32,000 bases of DNA, taken from the NCBI RefSeq assembly GCF_043950625.1, contig NZ_CP171007.1; one strand, given 5' to 3'. How positions within the stretch are numbered: position 1 is the first letter of the stretch; each line of letters begins with the position of its first letter. Positions 27,614 to 32,000 of this stretch are shown here, in pieces. Under the pieces are notes generated by a model, which ran no database searches, was not told where the DNA came from, and saw only the letters and a program-made list of their open reading frames with translations. The position numbers were made by a program, and so were the translations under genes. This stretch comes from Alkanindiges sp. WGS2144. GTDB taxonomy: Bacteria > Pseudomonadota > Gammaproteobacteria > Pseudomonadales > Moraxellaceae.

Positions 27614-30472
27614 ATGCAAGAAGTTGTTGACGCACAGCGTCTAGACACAGAACTATCCGCAGAAAACGCGGCTTATATCGAAGAACTTTATGAAAGTTAT
27701 CTTACTGCGCCGGAAACGGTAGGCGACGATTGGCGGGCTTATTTTGATCAATTTCCCAAAGGTGATCAACCCCATCGCAATGTAAAAGAACAATTTCTGC
27801 TACTTGCAAGAAACAGCACCCGGGTGCAACCCATGCCACAAAGCTCAGTCAGTACTGAGCATGAGCGTCGTCAGGTGGGTGTATTGCAACTGATTGCAGC
27901 CTATCGCAACCGCGGTCACCAAAAAGCCAAGCTAGACCCCTTGCACTTAACCCAGCGTGCCCCGGTTCCTGATCTGGAGCTGGCTGCCCATGGCCTGTCC
28001 CGTTCAGATCTGGATACCGTATTTCAAACCGGTAACCTTGCTATTGGTAAAGCTGAAGCCACGCTGGGTGAGATGGTCGATGCCATGGAGGCCATTTATT
28101 GTGGCTCTATTGGCTCTGAGTATATGTATATTGTTGACACACGGGAAAAACGCTGGATTCAGCAGCGCCTGGAAGGCGCCCGTGGTCAGTTTAATTTTAG
28201 TAAAGAACAGAAAATTAATATTTTAGAGCGCCTGACAGCGGCAGAAGGTCTGGAAAAATACCTGGGCAGCCGTTATGTAGGTGCCAAGCGTTTTGGCCTC
28301 GAAGGTGGTGAGAGCTTTATTCCCATGCTCAACGAGCTTATCCAGCGTTCTGGTAAAGCCGGCACCAAGGAAATTGTCATGGGGATGGCTCACCGAGGCC
28401 GCCTTAATGTGCTGGTTAATATTCTGGGCAAGAATCCTGCTGACCTGTTTGGCGAATTTGAAGGCAAAATGTTTAACAAGAAAGGCTCTGGTGATGTGAA
28501 GTACCATCAAGGCTTTTCCAGTAATGTGATGACGCCCGGCGGTGAGATTCATCTGGCACTGGCCTTTAATCCGTCGCACCTGGAAATTGTAGGGCCAGTG
28601 GTAGAAGGCTCGGTACGTGCGCGTCAGGTACGCCGTCGTAATGTCGGTGGTGATGATGTGCTGCCTATTATTATTCATGGTGATGCCGCTTTTGCCGGTC
28701 AGGGCGTGGTGATGGAAACTTTCCAGATGTCCCAGACCCGTGGCTATACTGTGGGTGGCACAGTGCATGTGATCATCAATAATCAGGTGGGTTTTACGAC
28801 CAGTTGCCGTGAGGACGCCCGTTCTACCGAATACTGTACCGCGATATCCAAGATGGTACAGGCACCGATTTTCCATGTGAATGGTGATGACCCGGAAGCT
28901 GTGGTGTTTATTACCCAGCTGGCTCTGGATTTTCGTCAGGAATTCCGTAAGGACGTGGTTATTGACCTGTTCTGCTACCGCCGCCGTGGTCATAACGAGG
29001 CAGATGAGCCATCGGCCACCCAGCCGCTGATGTACCAGACTATTGCCAAGTTGCCTACTACCCGTACCCTGTATGCAGATCAGTTGTTAAAAGAAAGTGT
29101 ACTCAACCGTAGTGAAGCTGATACCTTGGTTGAGGAGTATCGCACTGCGCTGGAGGAAGGCAAGCATGTGGCCAAGGCGCTGGTGCGTGAGCCTAACAAA
29201 AAACTATACGTAGACTGGACGCCTTATGTGGGTCATCAGCTGGTAGATGACTGGGACACCAGTTATCCTATCGAGCGGCTCAAAGAGCTGGCGCAGATTA
29301 TGTATCAGTTGCCGGAAGGTTTTGTGTTGCAGCGTCAGGTGAAAAAAGTCATTGATGACCGCCTGAAAATGCAGTCTGGTGAAATACCCTTAAACTGGGG
29401 CGCTGCTGAAACGCTGGCCTATGCCAGTCTGCTGGATCAGGAATTTCTGGTGCGTCTGACCGGTCAGGATGTAGGGCGGGGTACATTCTCGCATCGTCAT
29501 GCCAAGCTATACAACCAGACTGATGGTGAGATGTATATTCCTTTATGCCATCTCAAGGAAAATCAGGCACGTTTTGCCCTGTATGACTCCCTGCTTTCAG
29601 AAGAAGCCGTTCTGGCCTTTGAGTATGGCTATGCCACTACCATTCCCAACAGTTTAATTATCTGGGAAGCGCAGTTTGGTGACTTTGCCAATGGCGCACA
29701 GGTAGTGATTGACCAGTTTATCAGCAGTGGCGAAACCAAGTGGGAGCGCCTGTGCGGCCTGACCCTGCTGTTACCACATGGCTATGAAGGGCAGGGACCT
29801 GAACATTCCAGTGCCCGTCTGGAGCGCTTCTTGCAGCTTTGTGCAGAAGATAATATGCAGGTATGTACGCCAACGACACCAGCGCAGATTTATCATTTGC
29901 TGCGCCGTCAGGCAGTACGCCCAGCGCGTAAGCCACTTATTATTATGTCACCCAAAAGCCTGTTGCGTCACAAACTGGCTGTGTCCAGTCTGGATGAACT
30001 GGCCAATGGCCGCTTTCAGGCTGTGATTGAAGAAGTGGATAATATTGATAAGAACAAGGTTGAACGGCTGGTGCTATGCGGTGGCAAGGTATACTACGAC
30101 CTACTGGAAAAGCGTCGTGAAGAAGACATTGATGATATTGCCATTGTGCGTATTGAGCAGCTTTATCCATATCCGCAGGAGCGGGTACGCGAAATCATGG
30201 CGCAATATCCAAACCTTAAGCAGCTGATCTGGGCACAGGAAGAACCTAAAAATCAGGGTGCCTGGCTATTTATTGCTCATCAATTGTATAAAGACCTGGC
30301 CAGCCTGGATAATGGCAAATCCATTGAATTAATTTTTGCTGGTCGCGAAGCCTCTGCTGCCCCTGCCAGCGGTTCACCTTATTTGCATGCAAAACAGCAG
30401 GCCACACTGGTGAGTGATGCCCTAGGGTTAGACACCAGAAGTACCCAGCCTGAACAACAAGGAGAAGCCTAA
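27614..30472 (+). CDS. sucA: 2-oxoglutarate dehydrogenase E1 component
   Basis: ~950 aa. N-terminal [17 protein letters not shown], the AYRNRGH motif, and the [11 protein letters not shown] and [12 protein letters not shown] (ThDP) regions. Start is ATG 27614 (MQEVV) or ATG 27602; neither has a strong SD. Confidence 0.95.
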   Translation: MQEVVDAQRLDTELSAENAAYIEELYESYLTAPETVGDDWRAYFDQFPKGDQPHRNVKEQFLLLARNSTRVQPMPQSSVSTEHERRQVGVLQLIAAYRNRGHQKAKLDPLHLTQRAPVPDLELAAHGLSRSDLDTVFQTGNLAIGKAEATLGEMVDAMEAIYCGSIGSEYMYIVDTREKRWIQQRLEGARGQFNFSKEQKINILERLTAAEGLEKYLGSRYVGAKRFGLEGGESFIPMLNELIQRSGKAGTKEIVMGMAHRGRLNVLVNILGKNPADLFGEFEGKMFNKKGSGDVKYHQGFSSNVMTPGGEIHLALAFNPSHLEIVGPVVEGSVRARQVRRRNVGGDDVLPIIIHGDAAFAGQGVVMETFQMSQTRGYTVGGTVHVIINNQVGFTTSCREDARSTEYCTAISKMVQAPIFHVNGDDPEAVVFITQLALDFRQEFRKDVVIDLFCYRRRGHNEADEPSATQPLMYQTIAKLPTTRTLYADQLLKESVLNRSEADTLVEEYRTALEEGKHVAKALVREPNKKLYVDWTPYVGHQLVDDWDTSYPIERLKELAQIMYQLPEGFVLQRQVKKVIDDRLKMQSGEIPLNWGAAETLAYASLLDQEFLVRLTGQDVGRGTFSHRHAKLYNQTDGEMYIPLCHLKENQARFALYDSLLSEEAVLAFEYGYATTIPNSLIIWEAQFGDFANGAQVVIDQFISSGETKWERLCGLTLLLPHGYEGQGPEHSSARLERFLQLCAEDNMQVCTPTTPAQIYHLLRRQAVRPARKPLIIMSPKSLLRHKLAVSSLDELANGRFQAVIEEVDNIDKNKVERLVLCGGKVYYDLLEKRREEDIDDIAIVRIEQLYPYPQERVREIMAQYPNLKQLIWAQEEPKNQGAWLFIAHQLYKDLASLDNGKSIELIFAGREASAAPASGSPYLHAKQQATLVSDALGLDTRSTQPEQQGEA

Positions 30473-30474
30473 TC

Positions 30475-31716
30475 ATGGCAACAGAAATCAAAGCCCCCGT
30501 ATTTCCAGAGTCCGTTGCGGACGGTACTGTTGCCACCTGGCACAAAAAAGTAGGTGAAGCTGTTTCACGTGATGAAGTCATTGCCGATATTGAAACTGAC
30601 AAGGTAGTACTGGAGGTTGTTGCGCCAGCAGATGGCTCACTCACCAATATCGCTAAGCAGGAAGGTGATACCGTACTGTCTGGGGAGGTCATTGCCACCT
30701 TTGAGGCAGGTGCTGGTGCGGTGAGTCAGGAACAGGTGGCTCAGGAGTCACAGCAATCCGAGGCAGGCGCAGCACCCATTGTACAGCGCGATGAACCTGC
30801 TGCGGTAAATAACCAGTCCGATAAGGATCAAAGCCCGGCAGTGCGTAAAGCGGTTGCTGAAACTGGCGTGGATGTAAATAACATTTCTGGCACTGGTCGT
30901 GGTGGACGTATCACCAAGGAAGATGTGGCTAATCATGCCAATGCGCCTAAAGCAGCACAGCCAGCCAGCCAGTCTGCTCAGCAGTCAGGCACTGCCATTA
31001 GTCAGGCGGTGGGTGAGCGTATTGAAAAACGTGTGCCAATGACCCGCCTGCGCAAACGCGTGGCTGAGCGTCTTCTGTCTGCCAGTCAGGATACTGCCAT
31101 GCTGACGACTTTTAACGAAGTCAACATGAAGCCGATCATGGACATGCGCAAGCTGTATCAGGAGCGTTTTGAAAAGCGCCACGGTACCAAGCTGGGCTTT
31201 ATGTCTTTCTTTGTTAAGGCAGCGACTGAGGCACTGAAGCGCTATCCGGCAGTAAATGCCTCTATTGACGGGGATGACATTGTTTATCATGGTTACTATG
31301 ACATCGGCGTAGCAGTGTCTTCTGATCGTGGCCTGGTGGTTCCAGTGCTGCGTGATACGGATCGTTTAAACCATGCAGAAGTTGAAAAAAATATTATCGA
31401 CTTTGGTAAAAAAGCCCGCGACGGCAAGCTGTCACTTGATGATATGACTGGTGGTACGTTTACCATCTCCAACGGTGGGGTATTTGGTTCGCTACTCTCG
31501 ACGCCCATTTTAAACCCGCCACAAACGGCCATTCTGGGTATGCACAAAATCCAGGAACGCCCGATGGCAGTCGATGGTCAGGTAGTGATACTGCCCATGA
31601 TGTATCTGGCGCTGTCTTATGACCATCGCATGATTGATGGTAAGGAAGCAGTTGGTTTTCTGGTAGCCATCAAGCAGTTTATTGAAGACCCGGCTTCCCT
31701 GCTGCTAGACCTGTAA
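30475..31716 (+). CDS. sucB: Dihydrolipoyllysine-residue succinyltransferase (E2 of 2-oxoglutarate dehydrogenase)
   Basis: Lipoyl domain with [10 protein letters not shown], an Ala/Gln-rich linker, the E3-binding segment SPAVRK, and the catalytic SYDHRMIDG. It starts 2 nt after the sucA stop. Confidence 0.97.
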   Translation: MATEIKAPVFPESVADGTVATWHKKVGEAVSRDEVIADIETDKVVLEVVAPADGSLTNIAKQEGDTVLSGEVIATFEAGAGAVSQEQVAQESQQSEAGAAPIVQRDEPAAVNNQSDKDQSPAVRKAVAETGVDVNNISGTGRGGRITKEDVANHANAPKAAQPASQSAQQSGTAISQAVGERIEKRVPMTRLRKRVAERLLSASQDTAMLTTFNEVNMKPIMDMRKLYQERFEKRHGTKLGFMSFFVKAATEALKRYPAVNASIDGDDIVYHGYYDIGVAVSSDRGLVVPVLRDTDRLNHAEVEKNIIDFGKKARDGKLSLDDMTGGTFTISNGGVFGSLLSTPILNPPQTAILGMHKIQERPMAVDGQVVILPMMYLALSYDHRMIDGKEAVGFLVAIKQFIEDPASLLLDL

Positions 31717-31793
31717 ACAGTCGCTGGTGAAGGGCATCTCATTTGATCGTTTAAAAGCCTGCAAGCGTGTTGATCCTGCAGGCCAAGGAGTAA

Positions 31794-32000
<207 letters not shown>

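Noticed and set aside
28223-28993. A 256-aa ORF antisense to sucA. Similar long antisense ORFs occur in sdhA (24891-25259), sdhD (24067-24435) and glyS (18846-19316).
   Set aside because: These lie opposite genes with unambiguous, highly conserved products. Their translations are His/Thr/Cys/Arg-rich with no motif, SD or sensible start context. They are the usual stop-poor shadow frames of strongly codon-biased genes.
31757-31783. A hairpin, gcctgca-N13-tgcaggc, between sucB and lpdA, next to the lpdA SD.
   Set aside because: It has only a 7-bp stem with a large loop and no U-tract. That is too weak to call a terminator or attenuator without transcript data.

Overview
This window looks like core chromosome of a gammaproteobacterium. 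The gene order and protein N-termini resemble Moraxellaceae/Acinetobacter, but that is an inference from memory, not a search. About 30 coding regions are supported. The right half is a complete TCA-cycle block: gltA, transcribed divergently from sdhC-sdhD-sdhA-sdhB, then sucA-sucB and the start of lpdA. It is preceded by glyQ-glyS. The left half holds housekeeping and small accessory genes: murI (partial), hemH, an MBL-fold hydrolase, yacG, a TrmB-like methyltransferase, an HI0933-type flavoprotein, an SDR, crcB, an ABC1/UbiB-type kinase, a MATE pump, an EVE-domain protein, hemW, an AI-2E transporter, several lipoproteins and DUF proteins. I found no rRNA, tRNA, CRISPR array, IS element, integrase, prophage remnant or multigene defence island. 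The most unusual item is a stand-alone DUF4062 (TIR-like / deoxyribosyltransferase-like) protein at 832-1845, between murI and hemH. A perfect 9+6+9 CRP/Vfr-type palindrome (TGTGA-N6-TCACA) lies just upstream of it. Other points worth a second look: a HopJ-family domain fused to a ~240-aa acidic disordered tail; EVE and hemW genes whose start codons abut head-to-head with no intergenic space; and two unusually long, partly GC-rich, structure-prone intergenic regions (gltA-sdhC, ~860 bp; sdhB-sucA, ~650 bp). Family assignments rest on motifs I recognise by eye in the translations. No database search was run. I do not see convincing evidence for a new multi-component system here.
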